From: Candidatus Micrarchaeota archaeon
GTDB taxonomy: Archaea; Micrarchaeota; Micrarchaeia; Micrarchaeales; CABMGC01
Assembly (NCBI GenBank): GCA_027319905.1
Contig: DAHVMJ010000001.1
Span: 64,001-128,000 of the forward strand
Reading direction: 5' to 3'
Length of the DNA stretch: 64,000 nt
Shown here: piece by piece, positions 29,015-38,740 of the stretch
Position numbering within the stretch: position 1 is the stretch's first letter
Layout: every line of letters begins with the position of its first letter
Translations under genes and position numbers: made by a program
Notes under the pieces: generated by a model
Databases searched by the model: none
What the model was told of the DNA's origin: nothing
Seen by the model: the letters and a program-made list of their open reading frames with translations, nothing else

Positions 29015-29710
29015 TCAGAAGTATTTTGCTATCTCTTGCTCTGTGAGGATGGTGAACTCCTTGCCCTCCTCTATGTACCCTATGTCAACGTGGTCGCTTG
29101 AGAGCTTGCCCTCGTTGATCTTGTTAAGTATCTTTATCCCAAGGTTCAGTGCGTCGTCGGTGGCCATGCCGTCCCTGTACTCCTTTGTCAGCATATCTGT
29201 CGCTATCTTCTTTCCCGAGCCTATCGCATCCGCCTTGTAGCCGAGAAGCGCTGCGTCAGGGCCCACTTCGAAGAGTCTCTTCTCGGTATCTATGCCCCCG
29301 ACCAGGAGGGAAACGCCATAGGGCCTTACTCCCCCGTAGAACGTTGCCTGAAGTATGTAATAGGAAAGCCCCTTGGCTATCGCCTCGACCGACTTGACCT
29401 CGTCGTACACCATCCTGTGGCTCTGCGCTGCTGACCTTGTCTCGTCTATGACGTGCAGGCCGTCGGCGACTATTCCGCTGTACGCCGCGCCGATGTGCGA
29501 ATCTATTCTGAACACCTTTTGCATGCTTGAGAGAACAGCCATCGGCTCGTCCACGTTCTTGTGCGCTACAAACGCGACTCCGTTCTTTGTAATCATGCCT
29601 ATCGCTGCCCCGCCCCTCCTGACAGCCTCTTTGGCGTATTCTACCTGGAAGAGCCTGCCGTCAGGGTTGAACATCACTCCTCTATCATATGCTTGTATAT
29701 TTGGGTACAC
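29015..29710 (-). CDS. psmA: Proteasome alpha subunit
   Basis: YDR...FNPDGRLFQVEYAKEAV, RPYGVSLL. Confidence 0.96.
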   Translation of the reverse strand: MYPNIQAYDRGVMFNPDGRLFQVEYAKEAVRRGGAAIGMITKNGVAFVAHKNVDEPMAVLSSMQKVFRIDSHIGAAYSGIVADGLHVIDETRSAAQSHRMVYDEVKSVEAIAKGLSYYILQATFYGGVRPYGVSLLVGGIDTEKRLFEVGPDAALLGYKADAIGSGKKIATDMLTKEYRDGMATDDALNLGIKILNKINEGKLSSDHVDIGYIEEGKEFTILTEQEIAKYF

Positions 29711-29799
29711 TTTTCCACCGTTTAACGTGAAAACAGAATAGAAGTTGTAGAAGCCAGAAGGCTATTAATTCTCTTCTCTAGTTACGGAAAGTATATTGG

Positions 29800-31749
29800 C
29801 TAACCACTATTATATACCTTTTGCTGGCTGGGCCTGAGGGCCGGGACTATGGCGGTCTGCAACGCTTTGCGCTCTCCGCTAAGCCGAAGCGCGAAAACCA
29901 AGGAGTTCGCCTTCGTCTCCAGATACAGTTCGCTTCTCTTCTTGGGCAGAGCCATATCAACCCGCTCTTCGGGCAGCCCCTGGCTACGAAGGTAGCTTAC
30001 GAACGCCTTAGGAACTTTGTTTGCGCCGTTCTTTCCGAACAGCACAACCTCGGCGCCGTGCACTGCAGCCCTCGTTTTCAGGTCCTCAAAAACGGCACTG
30101 AATATGTCAGGATCTATGAACGCGTCTGCACCCTCTACAGAATCTACAAGAAACCTGCCGCGATCGAAATAGCATATGGCGCTCCCGAGCTCGAGCGGTT
30201 TTTGATTAAGCGCGAGTGCCTCGTACCTGACGAGGATGCACTTGTCGTTGCTTGAGTATTTGACTATGTTATCCCTGTAAGGCAGGTATGCACAACACTT
30301 CTGGATATCGTTGTTGAAGTGCAAAGGATTTTTAGTTTCGCATGCAACGAGCCCATGAAGACCTGTAACGTATACTTTGTTGGTGAGAAAATCTAGTCTA
30401 TTGAACACTTCAGAAATTGAAGACCTTCTTTTTTTCTTGCCCTCTTTCGTTTCGTTGACTTCTCTTCTTTTCAGCTCGGCGTGGTCCACCGCTTTTGCAA
30501 GCACATGCGCGGCCTCACGGTAATCGGGCAGCTGCTCCAGAATCTTCGGAAGAATACTCCTGTATTCCGTTCTGAACTCATTTCGCGCCCTGTCAAGAAG
30601 CGATGACCCTACTATACCGCTGATTACGACCACGGAGTTGACTTCCCTTGCTTTGTCTTTTGATCCCACAACTGCGGTGACGGCGTGGCGCACATACTCA
30701 TTGAACATTTCCTTGCGTTCCCTGAGAGTTTTGGTCGCTATGGGGTATTCTGCCTCCATTGACTTTGCACTTGTAGCGATAAGCTTGGCTACCTCGTCTG
30801 TCTTCCTGACATGGAGCAGCATTCTAAGTTGTCCGAACGTGATGCTTTCCTGCAGTCCGTAACGCTCGCGTAGAAGTGAGAACAGGTCTGTTGATGTTAC
30901 TGCTTTCCTGTGCGTGTTACCTAAAAACTTTACAACCGCAGCTGTTACCAACAGGCTTTTGTCATCTGTAATCTTTGGGGCCCACCCGCGCCTAATTGCG
31001 CCGAACAGGTATTTTTGTGGCACCAAGACCGCGCGCCGCGCTCCGATATTTTCGATTGTGAATATTGCCTCTTCTTTTTGCTCTGGGTTTTTGAACTTAT
31101 GGAAAATGTCGTTTGCAAGCTGCGCCGCGACTATTCTGCCATTTCGAGTACGTTCGGAGGATATGAGATTTATAACCTGTTTAGAAGAGAAAAATTCGCA
31201 TTTGTTCAGATAGTCGTCAAGTAGACGTTGCTTCATTTCTTTGTAACGAGCAGCCTCTATATCTGCGTGTGTGCCTGCAGTCAACGATTCCCACTTTAAC
31301 AGGCTCTGCGCCATGACAGTGCCTTTGGCTGTAATGGCCAGGTTGCTTGCGATTTCTGCGGCTTCGTACCCTCTGTAGTTTGAAAGAGTTCTGGCTGTTT
31401 CAATCACCATTTTTGGGTTTCGGGCCACGCGCGCGATGTATGCAAGCCAGTACCCGACATCGTCTCTTTCCTTGGGTTTGTATTTCATTGGCACCGCGAG
31501 AACCTGCGGATTGAGCAGCTCGGTCCGTTCCATTTCCTCGGGGTCCAATAAGAAGTCAAGCGCCTCGTCATCGACGTCGATTAAGAAACGTGACCAAAAA
31601 TTAATTGCACGCAGCTTCTCTTCTACGGTTTTCTCTAAGCGGACCAGTCTTTCTTCCAAGCTCTCTTTGGATCCTTCTTCCTTCTTGGTCGCGTAATGGA
31701 CAACAACGAGCTTGTCTGCCTCGCTGGGCTCTCCTGCAGGTTCCCCCAT
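29800..31749 (-). CDS. Large hypothetical protein (649 aa)
   Basis: Long uninterrupted ORF filling the gap; no family recognised. Confidence 0.75.
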   Translation of the reverse strand: MGEPAGEPSEADKLVVVHYATKKEEGSKESLEERLVRLEKTVEEKLRAINFWSRFLIDVDDEALDFLLDPEEMERTELLNPQVLAVPMKYKPKERDDVGYWLAYIARVARNPKMVIETARTLSNYRGYEAAEIASNLAITAKGTVMAQSLLKWESLTAGTHADIEAARYKEMKQRLLDDYLNKCEFFSSKQVINLISSERTRNGRIVAAQLANDIFHKFKNPEQKEEAIFTIENIGARRAVLVPQKYLFGAIRRGWAPKITDDKSLLVTAAVVKFLGNTHRKAVTSTDLFSLLRERYGLQESITFGQLRMLLHVRKTDEVAKLIATSAKSMEAEYPIATKTLRERKEMFNEYVRHAVTAVVGSKDKAREVNSVVVISGIVGSSLLDRARNEFRTEYRSILPKILEQLPDYREAAHVLAKAVDHAELKRREVNETKEGKKKRRSSISEVFNRLDFLTNKVYVTGLHGLVACETKNPLHFNNDIQKCCAYLPYRDNIVKYSSNDKCILVRYEALALNQKPLELGSAICYFDRGRFLVDSVEGADAFIDPDIFSAVFEDLKTRAAVHGAEVVLFGKNGANKVPKAFVSYLRSQGLPEERVDMALPKKRSELYLETKANSLVFALRLSGERKALQTAIVPALRPSQQKVYNSG

Positions 31750-31862
31750 GGTTCTCTGTCTTAGTGGTTTTGGACCGTTAATAAGCGTTTCTTCGATTTT
31801 GTTTGCGCGACTGAATTCCTTATTATATTAGTGCAGGGAAAAGTATCCTGTGCATTTCTGAC

Positions 31863-32693
31863 GTGAAGAGAATGGAGGAAGAGCAGGGGGCCCAGAAGGT
31901 AAAGATTGGAAACGCTGAGGTTAACGTGGTCCATCCCAGTATCTTCAACGTGGTAAAACAGAGACAGCGTATAGGAGAGAAGCTCTCTGGAGTAAAACAC
32001 AAAATAGGAGTGTACAGCGCCAAGGGGGGCGTTGGGAAGACAACAGTTGCAGTAAACCTTGCGTTCACTCTGAAATCCATGGGCTATCGGGTTGGACTGC
32101 TCGATGCAGACATAGACTGTCCGAACCTCCATCTCTTTTTAGGCATAAAGGACATAGGCGAAGCGGAGTATCCGCTAAAGCCTCTGGAGAAAGACGGTGT
32201 GAAGGTCATCTCCACTGCGATGTTCGTAGATGAGGCCAAAAGGCCGATAATATGGAGAGGGCCGATGGTCGCAAAGATGCTGAGTGAGTTCCTCGAAGCG
32301 ACGGACTGGGGAGAGCTGGACTACCTTATTCTTGACTGCAGCCCGGGGACCAGCGACTCCAACCTCTCGATAATGCAGCTATTAGACATGGACGGTTTCG
32401 TGCTGGTCACCACACCGCAGCACATCGCGGCGATTAACGCCATCCGCTCCGGAATGATGGCGAAAAGGCTGGGTGTGTCAGTCCTTGGGGTGGTGGAGAA
32501 CGAGACGGATGGTGGTGAGGGAGGAGGGCGGGAAGTCTCTGAAGCATTGAAGTGCCCGCTACTTGGAACGGTGAAAAACAGCCAGAACTTCAACAGAATG
32601 AGCGACTCTGGCAAGATACCTGTATTTGAGGACAGTGAGATCGAAGAAGAGTTTATAAGAATAGCAAAGAGATTGATAAACGGGGGCGACTGA
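31863..32693 (+). CDS. Mrp/NBP35 (ApbC) family ATPase
   Basis: SAKGGVGKTT, LLDADIDCP, IIWRGPM, WGELDYL. Confidence 0.92.
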   Translation: MKRMEEEQGAQKVKIGNAEVNVVHPSIFNVVKQRQRIGEKLSGVKHKIGVYSAKGGVGKTTVAVNLAFTLKSMGYRVGLLDADIDCPNLHLFLGIKDIGEAEYPLKPLEKDGVKVISTAMFVDEAKRPIIWRGPMVAKMLSEFLEATDWGELDYLILDCSPGTSDSNLSIMQLLDMDGFVLVTTPQHIAAINAIRSGMMAKRLGVSVLGVVENETDGGEGGGREVSEALKCPLLGTVKNSQNFNRMSDSGKIPVFEDSEIEEEFIRIAKRLINGGD

Positions 32694-33940
32694 TGGACGG
32701 CAAATTCGCTGAGCTTTTCAAGGAATCGAAAATCTTCGCAGACCGCGAGGTTCTCTCGCCGCACTACCTCCCGCAGAACCTTCTCTTCAGGGACAAGCAG
32801 ATAGATGACATAATAAAAGCTCTGACCCCCTCGCTGAAAGGCGAACGCGGCAGAAATCTGTTCGTCTACGGCAAGGCAGGTACGGGTAAGACCTCATGCG
32901 TGAGGCACGTGATAGAGGAGGTGAAAAAGCTGCCTGTTGTCAAGGCGAGGCTCTCTTACATTAACTGCAGAATATACAACTCCAGGTACAGGGTGCTGAG
33001 CAAGATAGTCAGCGACCATCTGCCCTTCCTGGCGAAGCGCGGCTACGGACTGGTGGAGATATACGAGAAGATAATCAACTGGATAGAGGAGGATGGCAAG
33101 GTTCTGGTGGTGGTTCTGGACGAGATAGACATGGTGAAGGATCTTGACGATCTGGTTTACACGCTGACCAGGGCGAACAGCGACATAAGATCCGGTGGGA
33201 TAACCATAGTTGGCGTCTCGAACAGGATAGATTTCAAAGAACTGCTCGACTCGAGGACACTATCAACACTCTACGAGCGCGAACTCGCGTTCCCTCCCTA
33301 CAACTCCAACGAGCTTGCAGCGATAATAAGGGAGAGGGCCGAGAGGGGATTCAAGAGTGGAGTCATGGGACAGGACCTCATAGCGCTCGTAGCCGCAATT
33401 TCTGCAAAGGAAAGCGGGGACGCGAGACTTGCGCTAAAGGTGTTGTCCAGGGCCGGAGAGATAGCGGAGGAGACTGGGAAGAGCAAGGTCAGCGAGGAGG
33501 AAGTGAAGGAGGCGCAGAAGGATGCTGAGGAGCAGGTTGCGTACGACGTTATCTCTACGCTGCCTGAGCACCAGAAGCTCGTGCTCTACTCCATCGCGCT
33601 GCTTTCGCTGCAGGGCAGCAGATACAAGAAGCTGACAGACGGCAACGACATGTACATCTTCAGCGGCGAGGTCTACAACAAGTACAGCAGGGTGAGCAAT
33701 ACGCTCAGCCGCGAACCGAAGAGCAGCAGGTGGTACCGCAAGTACATAGCTGATCTCGAGATGCAGGGGCTGATAGACACTTATGAGAGCGGGAAGGGTA
33801 TAAGAGGCCATACGAAGCTGATCAAGCTTGCGTATCCTCCGGAGAAGATAAAAGAAACGATAGAAAAGAGCCTGTTCGCGGAGAGCGAAGCGAAAGGAGA
33901 AGCTCCGAAAAGCGAAGACACAGCGAAGAAGCAGCCGTAG
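32693..33940 (+). CDS. cdc6: Orc1/Cdc6 replication initiator
   Basis: YGKAGTGKT, VLDEID, FPPYN, GDAR, C-terminal wHTH with GIRG wing. Confidence 0.95.
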   Translation: MDGKFAELFKESKIFADREVLSPHYLPQNLLFRDKQIDDIIKALTPSLKGERGRNLFVYGKAGTGKTSCVRHVIEEVKKLPVVKARLSYINCRIYNSRYRVLSKIVSDHLPFLAKRGYGLVEIYEKIINWIEEDGKVLVVVLDEIDMVKDLDDLVYTLTRANSDIRSGGITIVGVSNRIDFKELLDSRTLSTLYERELAFPPYNSNELAAIIRERAERGFKSGVMGQDLIALVAAISAKESGDARLALKVLSRAGEIAEETGKSKVSEEEVKEAQKDAEEQVAYDVISTLPEHQKLVLYSIALLSLQGSRYKKLTDGNDMYIFSGEVYNKYSRVSNTLSREPKSSRWYRKYIADLEMQGLIDTYESGKGIRGHTKLIKLAYPPEKIKETIEKSLFAESEAKGEAPKSEDTAKKQP

Positions 33941-33945
33941 TACGT

Positions 33946-34473
33946 TCAGTTGCGCTCTAGGATTGCCAGCGCCACTCTCTGATTGGTTTCTTCTTCATCT
34001 ATTGCTTTGCTGACAGCGCCATTGGCTATTGCTATATGCACTAGAAGCAACCTTTCTTTGCCTTCGATTTTCAGCAATCGTGATTCTGATTTTCTCTTTC
34101 CAAATACGCCAAGCTCCCTATCTACAGCCGCTATTTTCTTGTCAATCTTTGTAAGGTAATCGTTCCTGCTTTGCGATTCGTAAGAGTACGTTTGCGTCTT
34201 GAACCTGCCCCACATCGCCTTAACTCCGTCCCATTTCTCATGCAGATCCCCTAGCGTGATTTCCTTTCTTCTGGTGAGGGGAAGCCCAAACTCCAGCGAA
34301 TTGCCGTCTCTTTCGCAGAATGGTGGCGTCCATGGGTCGAACTTTTCTATTGACCCGCATTTTGAGCACATGGTCAGCGCCGTGGTGAACTTTATCTGGT
34401 CTGCGTAGGTTCCTTCAGTGAATGCAAGACTACGTGCCTGCGCGCGTGTCAGGCCGCCGTATTTTAGAGGCAT
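33946..34473 (-). CDS. Hypothetical protein with CxxC motif
   Basis: Start placed at MPLKYGG, about 27 bp from the TATA at 34502; CSKCG...FC. Confidence 0.55.
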   Translation of the reverse strand: MPLKYGGLTRAQARSLAFTEGTYADQIKFTTALTMCSKCGSIEKFDPWTPPFCERDGNSLEFGLPLTRRKEITLGDLHEKWDGVKAMWGRFKTQTYSYESQSRNDYLTKIDKKIAAVDRELGVFGKRKSESRLLKIEGKERLLLVHIAIANGAVSKAIDEEETNQRVALAILERN

Positions 34474-34500
34474 TGTGTCGCTACTCTTTCTTTTTGGGAG

Positions 34501-34509
34501 CTTTATAAG
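34501..34509. promoter_or_regulatory. TATA element possibly shared by two divergent genes
   Basis: CTTTATAAG lies about 25-30 bp from both ATGs (34473 on -, 34532 on +). Confidence 0.45.
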
Positions 34510-34531
34510 CATTGGCTTCAAAAATAATGCG

Positions 34532-35038
34532 ATGCGATTTTTTGATCTGGTCGTTATGCAGAACGTACCTGAGCCGCTGTGCAAGCGGCTGGGCTACAGC
34601 AAAATATTCAGTGCGGGAAAAGATGTCGGGATTCTTGAGAATGCCGCGCAGGACAGGAGCAAAGTTGTCATCAGGAGCGACAATCTAGAAGCAATTGTCA
34701 AAGGCCTCAGGCAGAACAACGTGATCGGGCTGCTTCCGAAGAACGTTACCGTAAGCAGAAAGGCAATTGAAGTAGTGAAGGAAAGTGAGAAAATCGTGCT
34801 CCTGCCTCTGTGCGAAGTAACAAAGGGTGAAGACGCGTTACGGGCAGCGCAGTTGGCAAAGATGAGGAAGCTTGTGAGGAGCGTGCTGATCGCAAAGGCG
34901 CCTTTCGCCTTGGTTTCGCTTGCCGACAACAGAGAAAACCTGATATCGAGCTTGCAAATGACGGAGGTTGCTGGTTTTCTTGGAATTCCGAGAGAGCGCG
35001 CCAAATCTGCGATGGGCATTATTGGTGACCTGCTATGA
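34532..35038 (+). CDS. RNase P subunit Rpp30-like (short, divergent)
   Basis: M.FFDL start, C-terminal P.ALVSLA...L.S; coupled to Pop5. Confidence 0.7.
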   Translation: MRFFDLVVMQNVPEPLCKRLGYSKIFSAGKDVGILENAAQDRSKVVIRSDNLEAIVKGLRQNNVIGLLPKNVTVSRKAIEVVKESEKIVLLPLCEVTKGEDALRAAQLAKMRKLVRSVLIAKAPFALVSLADNRENLISSLQMTEVAGFLGIPRERAKSAMGIIGDLL

Positions 35039-35364
35039 TATTCAGGAAAAAACTGCGTTACATACTCGTAGAGACGAGTGGGAAGGTCGATATGGACGAT
35101 ATGAGAAAACAGGGCGCGCTGGGGGCCGGAATGCTGAGCTTTCTAGGAGAGCTCTCGTACTTCAAAGCGAACCCTCACGTCGCGGCGCAGCTAAGCGACA
35201 ACATGTTTGTACTGAGCGTCAACAGGGGCTACGAGAGAGACATTGTGCTCGCGCTGTCTTTCATAAAGGAACTCATGGGCGCGAGAGTTGGGTTTTACAC
35301 GATAAGGACTTCAGGCACTATTAGAAGTTTGAAGGACTACTTTGCCGAAGCGCGGGGTGCTTGA
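35035..35364 (+). CDS. RNase P subunit Pop5/Rpp14
   Basis: K.RYILV, LGEL, TSGTIRSLK. Confidence 0.9.
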   Translation: MIFRKKLRYILVETSGKVDMDDMRKQGALGAGMLSFLGELSYFKANPHVAAQLSDNMFVLSVNRGYERDIVLALSFIKELMGARVGFYTIRTSGTIRSLKDYFAEARGA

Positions 35365-35367
35365 CGT

Positions 35368-36048
35368 ATGATCAAACTCATTGTCTTCGATTTCAGCGGG
35401 GTGCTTGCTGACAGAAGCTTTGGAGATGCATACTTTGAAAAAGAATTTGCGAAGTTCTTGAAAAGACACGGAGCGGAAGGAGCGGACGCTGATGCGGCAT
35501 GGGAGAGCATACCCGCGATGATTCACACCGGAAAGATGACGATGAAAGAAGGCAGGAGGATCTTCCTGCGGCGACTCGGTCTGCCGCTCAAACTGCTTGG
35601 CGAGTATAAGCGTATTGATGAGAATTCCTGGAGATGCGTGAGGCTTTCTGAAAGAAGCGTGGTGAAGACCCTGGAGAAACTGCGCAGTTCTGGGATCAGG
35701 CTGGCGGTGCTCTCTGATACGCTATACGGGTCAAGCAACCTGAGAAAGATATTGAGGATGCTCGGCATAGGAAAGTACATGCACGGTGTTTACGTATCTG
35801 CTGAGATGGGGCTCAAGAAACCACACAGGAAAACGTACACGACAGTACTCGGCGCCTTCAAGGCAAAACCAGCAGAAACGCTCTACGTGGCACACGACGA
35901 GGATGAGCTTGTGGGTGCGCGCCACCTTCGGATAAAAACGCTTTCTTACAGGGGGGATAGGAACGCGGATTACAGGATAAATAAGTTCTCAGATATCCTG
36001 AAAGTAGTCGATAGGCTAAATGGAGGTCTTGTACGGCGACTCACCTAA
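35368..36048 (+). CDS. HAD-superfamily hydrolase
   Basis: IVFDFSGVL, LSD, SAEMGLKKP. Confidence 0.85.
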   Translation: MIKLIVFDFSGVLADRSFGDAYFEKEFAKFLKRHGAEGADADAAWESIPAMIHTGKMTMKEGRRIFLRRLGLPLKLLGEYKRIDENSWRCVRLSERSVVKTLEKLRSSGIRLAVLSDTLYGSSNLRKILRMLGIGKYMHGVYVSAEMGLKKPHRKTYTTVLGAFKAKPAETLYVAHDEDELVGARHLRIKTLSYRGDRNADYRINKFSDILKVVDRLNGGLVRRLT

Positions 36049-36369
36049 AGCACGAATGCTGAGGTGCACGGAAGGATGGGATGTTAGGAGTGGGCATCTC
36101 AAAATGAGCCGCGCACCTCTGCAATATGAAAAATAAGCGGGTGCTCCCGACGAGTATGTTGCTCGGCCTTCTATAAATACGTTTTGGAGAAATAACGCAC
36201 GAGTTCGAGACATTTTATGACGTTATTTGCCTATTACTGCAGTTTTGGGAGCCATCTCCCTCACAGGGGACGCGTGATTCTGGCGCGCGAATATTAGCGG
36301 AATTCCCCCTCGGATATCGGGAAACCTTTATTATAGCATAGGGACAATACTCTAGATTACGGTGAACTG

Positions 36370-36669
36370 ATGAAGATATCAGAACTGAAAGCGGGTGCTA
36401 CTAACGTAGAACTTGAAGGCACCATCACGGAGAAGAGTGACCCTAGAGAGGTCGTCACAAAGTACGGCAAGAGACTGAACGTGGCCGACGCTGTGATAAG
36501 CGACGACACGGGCAGCATAGCCATATCGCTCTGGGAAGGAAACATCGACCTGGTGAACGTTGGAGACAAAGTAAAGGTAACCAACGGCTACGTGAGCGAG
36601 TTCAAGGGCAACCCACAGCTTTCCACAGGCAAGTACGGCAAGATAGAAGTCGTAGGAAAGGGCGAATAA
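36370..36669 (+). CDS. Single OB-fold ssDNA-binding protein (SSB/RPA)
   Basis: MKISELK, DDTGSI..SLW, NGYV.EFKG..QL. Confidence 0.9.
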   Translation: MKISELKAGATNVELEGTITEKSDPREVVTKYGKRLNVADAVISDDTGSIAISLWEGNIDLVNVGDKVKVTNGYVSEFKGNPQLSTGKYGKIEVVGKGE

Positions 36670-36763
36670 TAGCACCCTGATTCTTGGCGTTTTATCGATG
36701 CTAGCGGAGCGAGGTCTTCTGCGTGTGGTTTGACGCACACGAATGAGCTCGCGATTCGGATAA

Positions 36764-38023
36764 CTAAAAATCGAACTTTAGCATGTCACCCTGTCTTGGA
36801 ACCGAGACGTTGATGCCCTCGGCCTTCAGGCTCTCAGCAAAGTCATCTGCAATCTTCTGATCTCCATGCACGCACACCACTTGCTCTGGATTGCTCTTTT
36901 TCACGTACTCGTAGAGGTCTGACTTCCCCGCGTGGGCTGAGAAGTCATAGTATACCCACGGCGTCTTGACTACCTCCTTCCTTCCGTCTACCATTATGGG
37001 CTTACCCGCCATCAGCTTGCTGCCATTGGTGCCGTCAACCTGGTAGCCTGTGAGGAATATCTTTGAGTTTGGTCCCAGCTTGGTTATGTAGTTGAGTACC
37101 GGCCCGCCGTTCAGCATGCCCGCGGTGGTGAGTATTATGCTTGGCCCGCTGACTGCGCTGCTCCTGTGCTCCTCGCTGCCTATCCAGGTTATTTTCTTGA
37201 TCGCGTCGTGCAGCAGATTCACATTCCTTATGTATTCAGGGTAACGCATGGACACCTGCGTTGCCTTCCTCGCCATGCCATCTATGAACACGTAGTCTGT
37301 GAGCGAGTTCTTCTGGAGTATGGCAAGTATCTCCTGTGCCCTGCCTACCGCGAATGTGGGTATGAGTGCCGTGCCTCCCGCGTCGAGCGTCTGGCGCACC
37401 TCATCAACGAACCTCTTCAGAAGCGCCTCTCTCTCGGGATGCTCGCGGTTGGCATACGTCGTTTCCGTGAGCAGCACATCGCTCTTGATTATGTCGGCGC
37501 TCCCCTGTATCATCTGCGGCTCGAGCTTGAAGTCGCCGGTGTAGACGAGCCTCCTGCCCGTCTTCCTGCTCTCTATCTTGGTGATTGAGCTACCGCTTAT
37601 GTGCCCGGCATCATAGAGCGTTATAGAGTACTCTCCTGCGTCTACTTCCTCTCCGTACTCGTGCCCTGAGAACCTTTCCAGCATGGTGTGCAGATTGTGT
37701 TTGTTGAACTTCGGAGGCTGGTGGTTCTTCTTCCCCACCTTCATCGAGTCCTCAATCAGGAGGTTGCTCAGCTCCTTTGTCGGTTCGGTGCCGTAGGTTA
37801 TCGGCACGCCTTCCTTGTACAAAAAGGGGAAGTTGCCGCTATGGTCTATGTGCGCATGACTGAGCACGCATGCATCCACCTTTCCGGGAGCAAGAGGGTA
37901 TTCGGTTTTGTGGTTCAGTTTTATGCCGTAGTCCAGCATTATGTTTTTGCTGCCCTTGAACAAAATGGCGGATCTCCCCACTTCGCTCGCTCCGCCGAGA
38001 AAATGAAGTTCCAAATGAATCAA
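36764..38023 (-). CDS. MBL-fold beta-CASP ribonuclease (aCPSF type, no KH domains)
   Basis: FLGGASEVGRS, SHAHIDH, AGH, YTGD, FAVGRAQE, FSAH, VHG. Confidence 0.92.
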   Translation of the reverse strand: MIHLELHFLGGASEVGRSAILFKGSKNIMLDYGIKLNHKTEYPLAPGKVDACVLSHAHIDHSGNFPFLYKEGVPITYGTEPTKELSNLLIEDSMKVGKKNHQPPKFNKHNLHTMLERFSGHEYGEEVDAGEYSITLYDAGHISGSSITKIESRKTGRRLVYTGDFKLEPQMIQGSADIIKSDVLLTETTYANREHPEREALLKRFVDEVRQTLDAGGTALIPTFAVGRAQEILAILQKNSLTDYVFIDGMARKATQVSMRYPEYIRNVNLLHDAIKKITWIGSEEHRSSAVSGPSIILTTAGMLNGGPVLNYITKLGPNSKIFLTGYQVDGTNGSKLMAGKPIMVDGRKEVVKTPWVYYDFSAHAGKSDLYEYVKKSNPEQVVCVHGDQKIADDFAESLKAEGINVSVPRQGDMLKFDF

Positions 38024-38067
38024 CGTTTATTAAAAGATATGGGGCTTAAGATTAATATTGTGAACGA

Positions 38068-38706
38068 ATGAGGTTGTTGCTTACTTCTGCGGGAATCACA
38101 AACAGGACTATCGCAAACGCCTTGAGAAGGCTTGCCGGAAAAAGAATAATGACGGCATTCATACCCACTGCAGCTAACGCAGATGCTGGAGACAAAAGCT
38201 GGCTTATTAAGAATTACGAAGAGTTTAGACGATTAGGGCCCATAGATATTGTGGACATCTCCGGGATGGACAAAGATGTCTGGTTGCCAAGACTCAGAGC
38301 TGCAAACGTGATTGTCTTTGGAGGTGGCAACACACTTCATCTCATGAAGTGCGTTCTAAAATCCGGTCTTAAAAGGGAGCTGCGGGGTTTGCTGAAAAGA
38401 CGCACCTATGTGGGAATAAGCGCGGGAAGTATCATAGCCGCAAAAAGGCTATCGGCAACATCGGTGTTTTTGTACTCAAACAAAAAAACGATGGCGCCCA
38501 GGGGTCTCGGGTATGTTGATTTCAACATAAGACCGCACCTGAATTCGCCCCATTCCCCAAAAACAAAAGAAAAGTACCTGGCGAAGGCTTCAAAAAAGGT
38601 TAAAGGGAGGCTCTACGCACTCGATGACAGTTCGGCGATAGTGTATGCAGATGGCAATACGAAGGTTATTTCTGAAGGAAAATGGAAGGTGTATCAAGGG
38701 TTATAA
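38068..38706 (+). CDS. Peptidase E (S51) family, class I glutamine amidotransferase-like
   Basis: LLLTSAG, FIPTA, GGGNT, GISAGS, PH. Confidence 0.88.
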   Translation: MRLLLTSAGITNRTIANALRRLAGKRIMTAFIPTAANADAGDKSWLIKNYEEFRRLGPIDIVDISGMDKDVWLPRLRAANVIVFGGGNTLHLMKCVLKSGLKRELRGLLKRRTYVGISAGSIIAAKRLSATSVFLYSNKKTMAPRGLGYVDFNIRPHLNSPHSPKTKEKYLAKASKKVKGRLYALDDSSAIVYADGNTKVISEGKWKVYQGL

Positions 38707-38740
38707 TTCTTGACATACTAAGGCTAAATGACGTGTTGAC

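Noticed and set aside
31750..33945. Replication origin adjacent to cdc6
   Set aside because: cdc6 is translationally coupled to mrp, and the nearby gap shows no ORB-like repeats
36049..36369. RNase P RNA or SRP RNA near pop5/rpp30
   Set aside because: No GAGGAAAGTCC-type P4 motif or SRP helix-8 consensus on either strand
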